Positions 14,686 through 27,919 of a stretch of DNA of 64,000 nt are shown one piece after another. The number at the start of each line of letters is the position of its first letter. The first letter of the stretch is position 1. The position numbers and the translations under genes are program-made. The stretch is from the human T2T-CHM13v2.0 reference genome, Homo sapiens. Where the stretch lies: the NCBI RefSeq assembly GCF_009914755.1, contig NC_060931.1. One strand, given 5' to 3'. A model generated the notes under the pieces. The model worked only from the letters and a program-made list of their open reading frames with translations, made no database searches and was not told the DNA's origin.

Positions 14686-15217
14686 AAAAATTCCAGGTTA
14701 GTCCTTGTGCATGAGGTAAATCTGATTATTCAGGCAGAGTCCCTGACGTCGATAAACTTTCTATTACACAGAAACAATATTGGCAAAAACCATGCAGAGA
14801 CATATGTGTCAACTAGAATGAAAACTCCATAAGAAGAGAGACTGGCTCCTGCTGTGTCCCCAGCACGTGCAGTCATCACAAGCGCATAGAAGGGCCACAA
14901 TAAATATGGGTGGTATACATAGAAAAATTGGCCTATATGAAGGATCTCGGCCAATTTGTTTTGGCACACAGCTGTGCTGGAGCAAAGGGTTTTCAGAGAC
15001 AAATTAAGCACATGCTTACATTTGGCATTAAGAACTCTGCCAAGACAGGGGCTGACCAAATCCACAGGGATGACAGAGTGGAGAGCTGTAGAGATTATGT
15101 GCTGTGGAAGGAACTTGCATCTACATCCCTAAAGAGAATAGGGCCAGCTGTCATTCTTGGCTGCAACAAGAAATACCAGTGCATTCTATTCTACATGACA
15201 AATCTGGCAACAACACA

Positions 15218-15358
15218 TTCCTCTGCTTCTGTCTCTCTCTCTCCTCCCTCCCTCTTCGCCTCCCTCCTTTCCCTCTTGGTCTCCTTTCTCCCCTTGTGCC
15301 CTTCATTCTTCCTTTCCTCCTTCCTTTCCCCCTCTTCCTCCTGCTCTCTTTCTTTCCA
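15218..15358. repeat. CT-rich low-complexity tract
   Basis: Almost pure pyrimidine on the + strand. Confidence 0.85.
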
Positions 15359-17847
15359 TATCTTACCAACCGTCCACATGAAAGTAAATTATTAGCGAGC
15401 TTGATGAGAAATATTTATGGCTGGTATCATTGACCTAGAGAATTAAAGATGTATCAGTATCATACAAATACATTTTTCTTGGAAAGAATTTCAGAATCTT
15501 GAAAGATGAACACTAAGATACCCAGGAGGGCCACCCCATCTTTGAGTTCGATGTATTCCTAACATCCCCCTACCTATAGCGAGAAATGTGATGTGAACTA
15601 ACTTCATGTTAACCACCTGGGCTACCTGAGACCGGACATGGAAGCATCACAACATCGATTTTGAGATGACATTTACTTGTCCAGTTCTCTGGCAGGAAAC
15701 TGAATGGAATGGGCTAAAGAATGCGGTCTTATAGGTAATTTTAGAGTTTAGATACAACTTTTAAAATTTGTGTTTTGATAGTTGCAAAGCCTGTTAGCTT
15801 CTCTGCCTCACAAATAAATCTTTATGTTGTCGAAATTAAGTAAAAATGATATTGTCCGGAATTATTAGTTGTGTGGGGGGCGATGAGGGTGGGGCTGCTG
15901 CAATGGGTTTGGTGTCATTGAAACCAAGGCACAGAAGAGCGAAGAAGACCCTAAGCATCATCCTGGAATAAGGTTTCCTACCTACAGCAGTGAAATTCAT
16001 ATAAGTTTTCCTGACTTACCTACTCATGACAAGCAGATCCCTATCATAGAGGGGAATCCTTCCCAGCCACATGGGGGAGAAACCCAAACAAATGAATCCA
16101 CAAGGAGAGCCAGTCCCTATGCAGGCGATACACAGAGAGGCATCACTGTCACACGAAAACAGAACTCAAGAAAAGTAGCTCTATTTTGCAGCCTTCTGAG
16201 TATAGGGGAAGATATTCTTATGTTGTGTTTAATTAAGACAAATATACAAATGTATATGCCTATCATATGATTTCATTTCTATTACATTTTTGTAATAAAT
16301 AATAACATAGAAAGAAGACTATTCCAAGATTTATGTAATCATGTATATTCTCCCTTAACTATTAAGTTTTAAGTTTCTCTATATAATATGCACGTGTAGT
16401 TTCTGATGTAGGAAGGTTTCTATGTAATATTTTTAGGTACCTTAAAAGAATTATTTCTCACATTTTGTAAATGTGTATGTATTTCATGCCATTTATTTTT
16501 AAATACAGATTTTATGGTCAAATATTTTTGACCCAAAGATTTTGGATAAAAACTTGAACCCAGAATGTCTCTTGATTTAACCATTAACAATTCACTTGCA
16601 AGTCAAAATCCAGCAAAACAGATTGAACAGTGTTTTCTACATTTCACTTTACAAGTCAGTTATGCCACTTGCTCTAATGTGTCTCAGCAATATGATAGCT
16701 GTATTTCACAGACTTGTAATTGTCCATCATTTAATGCAAAACCTCCCATTTTCACCCTCATATTCAGGTTTGATTTGTTTGATATAATCACATTAACACT
16801 AGAAGTATATTACAACTTCAAGATAGTTTACTTATGAAAAGCTAATTCGTTTGTGCTACGGAATAAATAATTGATTATGCAGATAATGAAGCAAACATCT
16901 AAAGATAAAAAACAGCATGTAATTGACATTTCCCTTGGCAAACTCACTAGAGATTGACAAGAACTCACTTTCATTCTGAGTATCAGTTACATATTTTTCT
17001 TAATGTCATAATCTTTTCAAAGAAAAAGATAAAGAGATTTTTGCTGTTCATAATTATGGATTTTTAGAGCTTTTTCTATATATTGGGATTAATTTAATTT
17101 GTCTAAATGAATAGCCTAAATAATGCAGTCCATTACAAATTGTTGTCTCAACTTGAGGGCCTAGATCTGAAACATCATTTAGACAAAACTAATGAAATAA
17201 TCCTTATCTGAATGCTTTAAAGAAGCTAAGGAAGTAAATGTCTATTCTGCTATTTCTACAAGGCAACAAGTCACAGTACTCAACACATAATCAAAGGAAA
17301 CATTTAAAATAATCTCTGTGATCTAATTAAAAGTACAATTAAGGAAACTTTAATGATTATCACTGATGAACTTCTGTAAAAGTCACATTTTAATAGATAA
17401 ACTTTTGCTTTTGAAAAGAAAAAAAAGAGTAATAAAGCATTCCATTTTCAGGAGAAGTCCACTTGCCGTTGAAGTGCTTTTGACAGCCGTGACAGCAGTT
17501 GACAGCAGTGAGCCGGCTGTGAGCCTTGTATATAGGGAAGCCCTGTGCTGACTTATTCTGTAGAACTGTAATTCTCCTTCTGCCCCCCAACTCTGCTGTG
17601 TCCTAGAAAAGGCGGTGTGATTTGGGGACACAGTGGATTCCCTGGTGCTCTCTGACATTATTAAAAACAAAAATTAAAAACAAAATATTTTTTCTCCTGC
17701 CAACGGCTTTACAAACAGGTAACATATTTCCATAAGTGCCATCTTTATCTGATTTTCATATTATTTTTAAGAGTTATAGAAGCTATTATTGCCATTAATA
17801 TGCAAATGAACACAAATATCACCATCAAAACATGAACAAAAATTGCA

Positions 17848-17966
17848 GCCCAGGGAGGTGAAGGGATTTGACCTAAATCTCAAAGTAAATCATGAACAAG
17901 GACAAGACCAGGGGCTCCTAGTGACTTACTTGTGCAGTGCGCTTTCCACTACATCAACTGCCTCTC
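17848..17966 (-). mobile_element. MIR/MIR3 fragment
   Basis: gcccagggaggtgaagggatttgacc...cagtgcgctttccactacatcaactgcctct. Confidence 0.65.
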
Positions 17967-18304
17967 TATAAGAGCAGCCAAAACTTTGCTTCCTAAGAGG
18001 CTCTTAAAGCTTTCTTTGAGAGATATTTATGAAACCCCATTAGCTGGTGCCTGAAATAACAGTAAAATCTATAACTGGTGTAATTTTTCTACTGGCTTTC
18101 TTGCGTTTGAAGCATCCTGAAATTATGCATCCCTCCAGAAGGGGTAAGTGGACCTGCATGGAATCCCTGATCCTGCTGGAAGAGGTAAACGATCAATGCT
18201 AAGGCTGAAGGAGAAAAGAAGTGCCCCTTTGTTCCAAGGCTTTGTATATTCACAGGACACCAAAGCTGAAGGAGGAGCTGATAAGATCATTGACATGAAC
18301 GTGT

Positions 18305-18490
18305 AGGAATTTACAGTTTATATAGCCAGGTTACCTATCTATCACATTTAATTGTCACAGTGAACACAGGTGGTAAATGTGATTGTCCTCACTTTACAGA
18401 TGAGAATCCTGAGCTAAGATAAGTGCAATGAACTTACCCAAGGTCAGATGGCTAGAATGGGGCAAGCCAGGATTCAACTCCAACTCTACT
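18305..18490 (-). mobile_element. MIR SINE
   Basis: ctcactttacagatgagaatcctgag...aacttacccaaggtca...ccaggattcaactc. Confidence 0.8.
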
Positions 18491-19009
18491 CACTCCCATG
18501 TATAGATGGCTGCACACAGCTGCAGGGTATATGTAAGCAGTCCCACAAGAGCGTGAACATGTACACACGTGTGCAAATGCCTATTTACCCCCACCTTTCA
18601 AAAGTCCTCACCATTATTTGATTTGTGTTATTTTGAAAAGAAGTTTGGCTTTTCATACTTTTTCTAAAATGGATTAGACAATTATTTTGTTTCTTCTTTC
18701 CTCTCTCCCATGCCTCTCCCTCTGCACACCCTCCACAAGCACATCTTCCTTCTTAGACTAGTGAAACTGGCTCCTGCCTTCAGCTGGGGAAGCACAGGGA
18801 GAGGAACAGAGTAGGGAAGTTCAGGCAGCTTTGCGCTGCTGCAGTGTGGTAGCAGCCCACCCACGTGGTTCCTGATTGGCAGCAAGATGGGTAGTGTGGC
18901 AGGACGGATTTTTAAAATTTTTAATTAGTTTGAATTTTAAAACTAATATGCAATTTAGTTTTGGGGAAACTTCTAACTATATCTGCGACAAGTTGGGTTT
19001 GTGGGTCTA

Positions 19010-19264
19010 CTTTTCACCTGCACATTTTACGGAATGTGTATAGAGACCAAGTGTTGCGATGTGCTGAAGTATAAAACATGTAAAACATCTTAAGACTTTT
19101 ATGTGATTACATGTTGAAATTATTCTATTTTGTATATATGGGGATAAAGTTTTAAAAAATATACCAAAAGTTGATTTCTCCTGTATCTTTTTACTTTTAG
19201 AAACGTTCTTATTAGCAATTTAAAGTTACATTCGTGGTTCACATATTTTCATTGTATAGTACTG
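19010..19264. mobile_element. MER33/MER3-like hAT-Charlie MITE
   Basis: gattacatgttgaaat...tttctcctgtatctttttactttt...aatttaaagttacattcgtggttcacat...tgtatagtactg. Confidence 0.7.
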
Positions 19265-19944
19265 GGCTAAAGAGGAAAGAAATACATATATTTAAGAACT
19301 ATCACTAACAGATATTTAATGATATTGGCCCTGAATCTATTTTATTTTCCAACATTTATTTCACCTTCACTGTAAATTCCTTAGCTGTATTTTCATTTTG
19401 AAAGGTTTTGAAACAGAAACAAGTAACTAGCTGTCCTGTGGCGTGCCAGGCAGGGCCTCGGCCTCATCTGATTCAATGTTTGTTTTTGAATGTTTATTAG
19501 CACATCAATTAAATACTTGTCAGGGTAATTTCTTCTCTAACACCCATGACCCTTAGCCAATCGCTCACATGTCATCTGACAATTCAGATTGTAATAAGTG
19601 CATTATCATATCCTAATAATAATATTAATAATAAAAGTAATAACTTTTGGATACCTTTTATATAAAACTACCTTTGAGATTCCCCATAGGGTTCCTGAAA
19701 AATCACAAAGTTTTATTCTTTCACAACATAAAATAAAGATAACAGAAATACTAAGTGTTGTTTTTTGACATGTTACTACTGTAAGAGATATATAAAAATT
19801 ATCTATTTGAAGAGATGCTCAGCCCTTCCTAATCATCTGTAGGCAACATTTTGTTAGCATGAATATTTCAGAAATTGCTTTGTGTCACAATTTAACATTT
19901 GTAATTCTGTTTATTGGCTGCCTTGGTGTTTATTATATAATTTT

Positions 19945-20122
19945 GTGTGTGTATAATATTATATTTACTATATGTTGTATATCTAGTATTATATATAGTG
20001 TATGTATATATGTATATATAACACTATAAATAGTATTAATGGTGTTCTATAACTATGTACATATAAAATATTACACATATATAGGAATAATATAACTGTG
20101 TACGTATACATAATATAAATAT
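19945..20122. repeat. (TA)/(TG)-rich low-complexity tract
   Basis: Direct inspection. Confidence 0.7.
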
Positions 20123-20769
20123 TAGGGGAATTAATACATGCTTTCTCCGATTGGGGAGCTCAATGCATACTTTCAAAGTTTGTGATTTTATGGATTTATG
20201 GAAATAGCCCCTAAAAATTAGTAGGATTCAGAAGGATGTGTATAAATAGATGAGAGCATTTGAGACAAGAACCTGCAGAAATAAAGAAAAAGGAATTAAA
20301 ATTCTATATACTGTGCTCGAAAAACAACTAGAAGATTGACTGGTTATAACTTAAATTTCATGGTAGACATCATTCCTCAAACCAATAAACAAAATTCCAA
20401 AATATATGTGCTCTTTGAAAGGCTTAGAGCTTCTGGAAAAAAGAGATGAAGAAACATTGTATGTGTTTAAATTAGTTTTCCTGGTGTGGTAATATTAGTG
20501 AGATTTTATATCATAAAAATATGTCATAGCAGGGCACAAATTTATTTGTTCTTTAAGACTTCAGTAATATTTTGAATATGTCAGCAGCCCAAAAAAGGGT
20601 AGCAGAGAGGAGCATGGGTAGAAATAGGTGGAAATTATGCTTGTATCTGGAAGCTGGGGGAGAGGAGGGCATATGGGAAAAAAATACTTTCCTTCCTGTA
20701 AAACTAGTGATATAACAGTAGGAACAGATTTAGAATTACTTTTTTTTAAAATATGCATTTTAGCCACTT

Positions 20770-20920
20770 TTGCTTTCTGTGACTTCTGAGTCATTTCAAC
20801 TCTAGGGTTCTCAGTTTAACCGTAAGTGGGATCTACCCCAAAAGACTGTTGTGAAGATAAAATGGGGTCATTTTGCTAAAACACATTATCACCAAACAGT
20901 GATCAGTGTCAGTGTCCATT
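20770..20920 (+). mobile_element. MIR fragment
   Basis: tctcagttt...gtaagtggga...gttgtgaagataaaatg. Confidence 0.55.
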
Positions 20921-21239
20921 TCCTAATGTTTTAAGAAAAGCAGCTACCAGTTAAATAATCATTTCTTACCTAAGTACAGAGACTTAGGCTCAAACGAGCA
21001 AAATTAACAACTCTTGATGTGTGGAGAAAGTAAGGATAATTAATTATATTATTTAAAAAGTATAATGTCATTTATATTTCTGACAGTAAATAATTTATTT
21101 TTTAAGCTCGCTCCTTAATCTGCAAGTAATAACACAAGAATTTGAAAATAAACCTCTGTTACCAGCATTGCTGACAATATAAATCTTGTTGAATAATGGG
21201 GACATCAAATGAAAATATTTAACTGTACCATATCAAGAG

Positions 21240-21668
21240 GCTGTCAGTACTCTAAAAGTGCAAGAAAATCTGTGTGCTTATGTGTGTGCGTTTAATGAAA
21301 TGCCTGTCTGGTAAGGTGACAATTAAGAAGGGACCTAAAGAAAGTGAGGCAGTGGAGTGTGGATTCCTGAGAGGAATAATATTACAGTCAAAAAGAAAAG
21401 AAAATGCAAAAGTCCTGAGGCGGCTGTGTGCTGCGGCTGTTTTAGAAACGTTGAGGCCAATGAAGCCAAAGCCAGTGAGTGACAGGGAAACTGATGGGGT
21501 GGAGTCAGGAAGGTAATAGACACGCAGACTTTTAAAAGAATCTTGAGGTTCATGTAAGGTCTTTGGTTTTCATTCTAAATGAGAAGATAACACATTGGAA
21601 GGTAAAGCAGAGAAGTGATACAATTGGGTACATGTTTAAAAAGAGTCACTCTGGCTGCCATGGAGAGG

Positions 21669-21708
<40 letters not shown>

Positions 21709-21815
21709 CATGTGCATGCATGTGTGTCAACTAGACACAGGAAGAAGTGGGGGAATAGGTAAGTGCCTAGTTGATGATGGTGATGTGGTCTAGGATGGTA
21801 ATAAGAGAAATGGGG
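21240..21815 (-). mobile_element. L2 fragment containing a (TG)n repeat
   Basis: aaggtgacaattaagaagggacctaaag; tgcaaaagtcctgaggc; catgtttaaaaagagtcactctggctgc. Confidence 0.75.
21671..21727. repeat. (TG)n microsatellite
   Basis: 15 perfect TG units, then imperfect. Confidence 0.95.
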
Positions 21816-22616
21816 TAGCTACCCCAGTGTTTATAGATGCACATGTAAATATATTTATCCAAGGTTTTAGGTTGTAAAATATAATAACGCATTCCCAAAT
21901 ACTATTGCCTTGTCAGAATTCCTTTTTTTGTTTATTCCCAATTATTTGGATTACGCATGTATATTCGGGCTAAACATGTACTCCCAGAGAAATGCAGCCA
22001 TGGTCATGGCCTAAAGAGGGAAGAAAACCAGGTAAGACCCTCCTTACAGAATGATGTTAGGTTTATTTGTTTGTCATGTAGTCCAAAAGGAGAGTTTACA
22101 ACTATACTGCTTCAAGCAATCAAAAGACTTCTATGTGATTTTTTCCTCCCTGCATGTCATTTCCTTCTCTAGGCTGTGCAAAAAGAAAGGTTACACACAC
22201 TTTAAAGATGAATACATCAAACAATTACAGCCCTGAATAGTCTCATGCACTAATGATGGGATCCTAAATTAGTTTAATATTTGGGGATGGCAATCAACAT
22301 TTAACAGAAGGTTAATAAGATGTATGCTTTTTGACAGAGTCATCTTGCTTCTAGAAATTTGCCTTAATAAAATAGTAAAGTACATTTGAAAAAAATTAGA
22401 TGCAAGATATAGTTGTAAAATATTGGAAGTAAAGTAAGTTTTCATGGTGTGGAATTGAATTAAAATATTCCACTTGTTAAAATTGATAATGGAATGTTCA
22501 ATACTTGATAAAATGTATACAAAAATCTTGCTAAGCATGCTAAATACATTAAAGATAGTTTTTATAAAAATTTATACAAAAGTATAGGTAGATAACTAAA
22601 TAGATAATCTCATTAC

Positions 22617-23002
22617 TGTTGTATGAATGTCCCCCAAATTGCATGTGTTGAAACTTAATTGCCAATTTGACATTATTAAGAAGTGAGGCCTTTAGGAGGT
22701 GATTAAATCACGAGGGTACAATTTCATGGATGAAATTAGCAACCTTATAAAAAGTTGGATGGGGTGAGTTCCCTCCTTTCATCCCTTCCACTGTGTGAAT
22801 CTATAGCTTCTGTCCCCTCAGAAGGATGCAGTAACAAGGCATAATCTTGGAAGTAGAGGTTAAGCCCTCCAGAGACATTAAACCTGTTGGCTCCTTGAAC
22901 TAAGACTTCTGAGCCTTCAGAACTCAGGGAAATACATTTCTGCTGTTTATAAATTACCTAGTCTGTGGAATGTTGTTATAGCGGCACAAATGGACTAACA
23001 CA
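22617..23002 (+). mobile_element. MaLR solo LTR (MSTC/MSTD-like)
   Basis: gaatgtcccccaaattgcatgtgttgaaacttaat...aaattacctagtctgtgg...gttatagcggcacaaatggactaa. Confidence 0.85.
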
Positions 23003-23076
23003 CACACACATATACACGCACACACACATACATATATGTGTGTGTATATATATATATATATGCATACACAGACACA
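22999..23076. repeat. Compound (CA)n/(TG)n/(TA)n microsatellite
   Basis: Direct inspection. Confidence 0.85.
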
Positions 23077-24538
23077 AAATTTTTTCTTTTTGATATTTTA
23101 TTTCAACAAGCAACATCTATTTTGCTGTTAAAATCGAATTATAGGATTTTTAAACAAAATATATAGTAACTTAGTTAAAATGTTGTTCTTCATTGCCTTT
23201 CCTGTAAATTTTAAAAAATCTGTCTTCTCTGAGTTAGAAATAGCATTTAACTCAAAAATCATAAAACAAAACAAAAATTTATTTTATCTGCTCTTTCTCT
23301 GATTTCAGTTTTTTTCTTAAATTACACTCTTTGATAAACATTATCACTCTGTTCTGCCTGTCTTAGCTGTAGAGCTTAATTACCACCACTTTTTACTTAT
23401 CTCTCTGGACATTCCACTTTTTTCTGGTTAAAAATAACCCCTTCTTTCCGTAATGAATCATTCGTAATGAGTACATTCCAAGGTACTCATTGCTAAGGTT
23501 TGTCTGAAAGCTATTCTTGAGAGTTTGTTTTTTGAGAGTCAGACTGGCTTTTTCCTGACCCAGATTTCTTTTATTCAACATAAGCTTTGCACTAGGCTGT
23601 CACTAAGCAAAGGAGAGTCAGGCAGGACCTGGGCCTTAGGGTTACAGATGGCTTGTGGCCCTGTTTCCGCATTCATTGTATTCTGCATTAAGGAACTGGT
23701 TAAAATGCAGGGTGAACTGGCTCTGCCTCAGCGTGATTTATACCACAAACATTCCCTCCTGTGAATAACAGCAATCAGTCCACAGGCACATGCTTCTTAC
23801 ACTTCTCCAACATTTCTTGTCCTTTGTACCCATAGAAAAGTAATGCCATTAAAGCTTGTGTGTTGCGCCTGTGCCGGCAGAGACAGACGCTGGCAAGAAC
23901 TACTGTTCAACAAGCAATAATGAACAAACCCCACATGCGTCAGGTTTATTGAAGTAGGCAGAGTGAGAAATTTGAGGTTTGAGTGACAGGTGTGTTTAGT
24001 TAATAGAAAAGATGCATTATTTAACTTTTTAAATCTTTTTTTTACAAATCATATAAATGTAATCAAATTTTACATATTGAATTCTCTTTTCTCAGTAGTG
24101 TACAGCATCCGTCTTCGTGGTTCTCCACCTTTTCCAAACTGTGGGTGTTAAGGTACTGAGAAGTTAGTGTGCTCATTATGGCAGTGACACATGGTGTCTG
24201 AAGAGTAGTTTGGAATACTATACAACCTCTGTCATCATTAAATTTGCATAGATTTAGTTCTGCATGTAACATGCTTGAAGTATCCTATCGATTGCTCACA
24301 TGAGTTTCCACATTGACACTGAATGTGAACATTATTGTTTTTATGAAACATTTAATTAGATCTACTCAAAGTATCAAAAATTACACAATTTAGCTCTAAT
24401 TACATTTTAAATATTTGTTAGTCATAATTCACCTTTGCCTTTTTATTATAAGAAGCCATTTTGAATATTAGAATAAAAAAAACTTTGAAAGCCTATATAG
24501 AAGCTTTTGTGTTTAATAACTGTATTTTAAAAAATTCA

Positions 24539-24867
<329 letters not shown>

Positions 24868-25479
24868 TTAATCAGTTTGACCATTACTTTCGAAAGAAAA
24901 TATTATGTAAACATCACGATAAAAATTACATAATTTGTAATGTTACAGTGGAAGTAGAAGAAACAAATTATACGTAGGAAACATATATAAATGTATGAAT
25001 TATCTGTTTATTAAACAAATAATTATTTGGTTACATTTATATTTTAACTATATTTTATTAATCAAATACATTATATAAGTTTATTTTATTAACCAAGTTT
25101 ATTTTATTCATCCAAACCTCTCCTGCCCATAACAGAACACCCAATGGCAATAACAGCGGTTGGTATTTCAGCAATTAGAGGTCACATAAGTATAGCTTTG
25201 CATCTAGTTTTCAATTTGTTAATATACAGCATTTTTTTGCCATTCTAGTAGGGCAAAACACTTTTTATTTAGCAGTTTATCAACTCGATTAATCTTTATT
25301 TTAGTTACACGGTGTGTGAGTCTTCCTGTGTCCGTTTGCTGTGGACACTGGAAATGTGAAAGTTTGTCTGTCTGAAGAAGGCCCTGGTGACACAGCAGCA
25401 GCCTCTCCCCCAAACACTGGAGCTGGATTTAGAGCTGGCCAGTTAGGGAGATTAAAGTGAGCATGGTACTTCAGAGTCA

Positions 25480-25990
25480 AGCTTGAGCAGACAGAAAATA
25501 GTGGAAGTGGGGTAGAAGGCCCGCAAGCTTGGCATTGCTGGAGTGTGATGTGGAAGGAACAGTGCAGCAGAAGACAAAAAAAGATGTAAGTAGGCTTGAC
25601 TCAGTGCAGCTAAGAACCCAGATGTTATCTTGAGGGTGTTAACTAACAAGGAGTTTAAATCAGAATGGCACATTCTGATTTGTTTTTTGTATGTTCACAT
25701 TTGGCAGGCATAGATACTGTTTGAAGAGAGGAAAGTCAGTAGACAGAGGTAACAAAGTTAGATATGTGCCAAGTCTAGAAACAAGGGACTAGGGGTATAA
25801 CGACCTTTCAAAACAAAATGCAAGATTTGAAAACTGATTGGCTGGGGGATGAGGAAAAGGCAGACCTTTAAGTTCAATCCCTGTTTTGCTTTAGGTTGTT
25901 AGGGGGTGGTTTTATAACATATTGTAGAATATGTCATTTCAGTTTTGAACGTCTTGAGTTAAATTGTCCTAACATATCTTAAGAATTTGA
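25480..25990 (-). mobile_element. L2 fragment
   Basis: ggagtttaaatcagaatggcacattctgatttg; gactgattgg-like aactgattggctgggggatgagg; ttcagttttgaacgtcttgagtt. Confidence 0.6.
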
Positions 25991-27919
25991 TTTTCTTCCG
26001 TGGGAAGCTAATATTTCAAAACCTTAAAGAGTATAGATTTCCAACTTGTATCCAATTTATAAAATTATCCCTAGGCTGCTGATTTCAGGAGGAAGCTCAT
26101 GAATAGTCTATTTGCAGACAATATATCAGGAGTTAACAACAGCTTCAATATTTGTGGGACAACCAGTTAACTAAGCCACCTCTTAGTGTATTTAGATGGA
26201 AAATCTTAGCTGAAGATATTAAATAATGAACCAACAGTGACTAAAAAATTGAATATTTAAGTATATTTCATTGTAATGAATTTGAATCTAAGTAGCCATA
26301 TACAGCAGCTAGTATTTACCACATTGAACAATGCAAATTAGAGGAAAAAATTAATAACCATATCTAATACCACATGCCAAAATCCTCATAAATTTATTCT
26401 AGATAAAGGAGTTCATCAGAAGCAGCAACTGAAAGCACCAACTAAACCAGCTGGTGTTAATTCACTGTCATTCTCTCAGAACCATCTCTTCTCTGAACAA
26501 AACAAGTAGAAGAGTTAATTGTGAATCTGCATTTTCCTTACCGGTTTTAAGCTTTTGATGTTGACACTAATTTGTGAAATCCCTCCTGTGGTGTGATATT
26601 TCATTTTACTTGCTATTTTGTTAGGAAGAGAATGCTTCAGCTCTTAATTTAAAATTATGTTTCTCCCTCCTAGGTTGAGTGAACTTAGAATGCATTCTCT
26701 GACATATCCACATGTTTTTGTTAATATGAATTTGGGGAAAAAAGCATACTTAATTAACTAAGACTTCTCATTCTAGGCTTGACCCTGTGTTCGACATCTT
26801 TTGAATTTGTAGTTGCATAGGCTGCTCTCTGACACTGGTTAGTGATCTGGAAGCTATATTAACGTTAGGGGAGGTGGTGTATGAGCATTAGAGGTATCCT
26901 TGCAAGGAAAGACTTGTCTTATCTCAATACATCCTTTTTTGCACACAAGAAAGTCAATGTTTGAGTCTTCTAAAATCTTCCTATTTCCAAGTTGCAGAGT
27001 ACCATTGATTCCTAAGCAAAGATCTAATTTTTGACTCAGAGACGTGGCAAGGTAGTGAATCACCATTATAATTTAACAATCTTCAAGATAAAATTATCTC
27101 TCCGATATTTAGATTTTGCCCAATTATTAAGATATTTGGGTGTTTTGTTAAGAATGGAAGACTCTAGTCCCTTGAGCAGAGACGATAAAGGCCTCAGATG
27201 ATCATTTATAATTTTATGCTCTTTTCTATAACATCTTCAACACAGTTGGAAGCAGCCAATGATGCCCAGAGTTGTCGTGTTTTTTAAACCAAATGCATGG
27301 TTCAGTGGTAGAAAACTGGGCTGATCCAAGCTGTTTTCAGTAAACACTTCATTTCAGGTGACATATTTCATATAATCTCTAGATCCTAAATAATCTCTAG
27401 ATCCTGTCTTCAAAACTAACTAGATCAGATAACCTACCCTAGATTTTCACCTTTTAGGGTCTGTTAGCTGCAGTCACCTTTGTGAAAATGATTGCAATGA
27501 AAAGATAGAGTTGCAGATGGGGAAAATGTTTTGACTAATTTAAGCATAGTGGTATTTAATATGAGAAGTTAAGTTACACAATTTTTGAAAATTATAATGG
27601 AGTCTCTTGGCTGAGCTTTAAAAAAAATAGCGTTTAGGCTAAAAAGGGAACTGCTACTTCTCCTAAAATCAGAAAGATGTTACAGTAATTCTCTATTCTC
27701 TAGAATTGTCAGGAAGCACCTTTGTGATGATTTAATTTTGCTTTTGTGACTGTGAGCCTGTGTAGTCATGGAACCATCAATTAGAATAATGGCTTTCTGA
27801 TCCCAAAGTCATTCGTTCTGAAAACAATATTTTTCATAAATTTGAAAGTGAGAAGTTTTGATCTTGCCATTCCCAAGTAACTCTCTTAATAAGTCATCAG
27901 CATGCTTCAGTGACAGCTG

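Noticed and set aside
14910-15433. 161-aa and overlapping ORFs
   Set aside because: No recognisable domain; non-ATG start for several; length is inflated by the CT-rich tract at 15218-15358.
15494-15734. Possible + strand exon (tttcAG ... TAG|GTAATT)
   Set aside because: Pyrimidine tract interrupted by purines and all three frames closed; too weak to call.
18861-18880. ER-stress element (ERSE)
   Set aside because: The minus strand reads CCAAT-N6-CCACG, not the required N9 spacing.
21988-22037. Strong donor CAG|GTAAGA at 22031
   Set aside because: No convincing upstream acceptor; isolated donors are common by chance.
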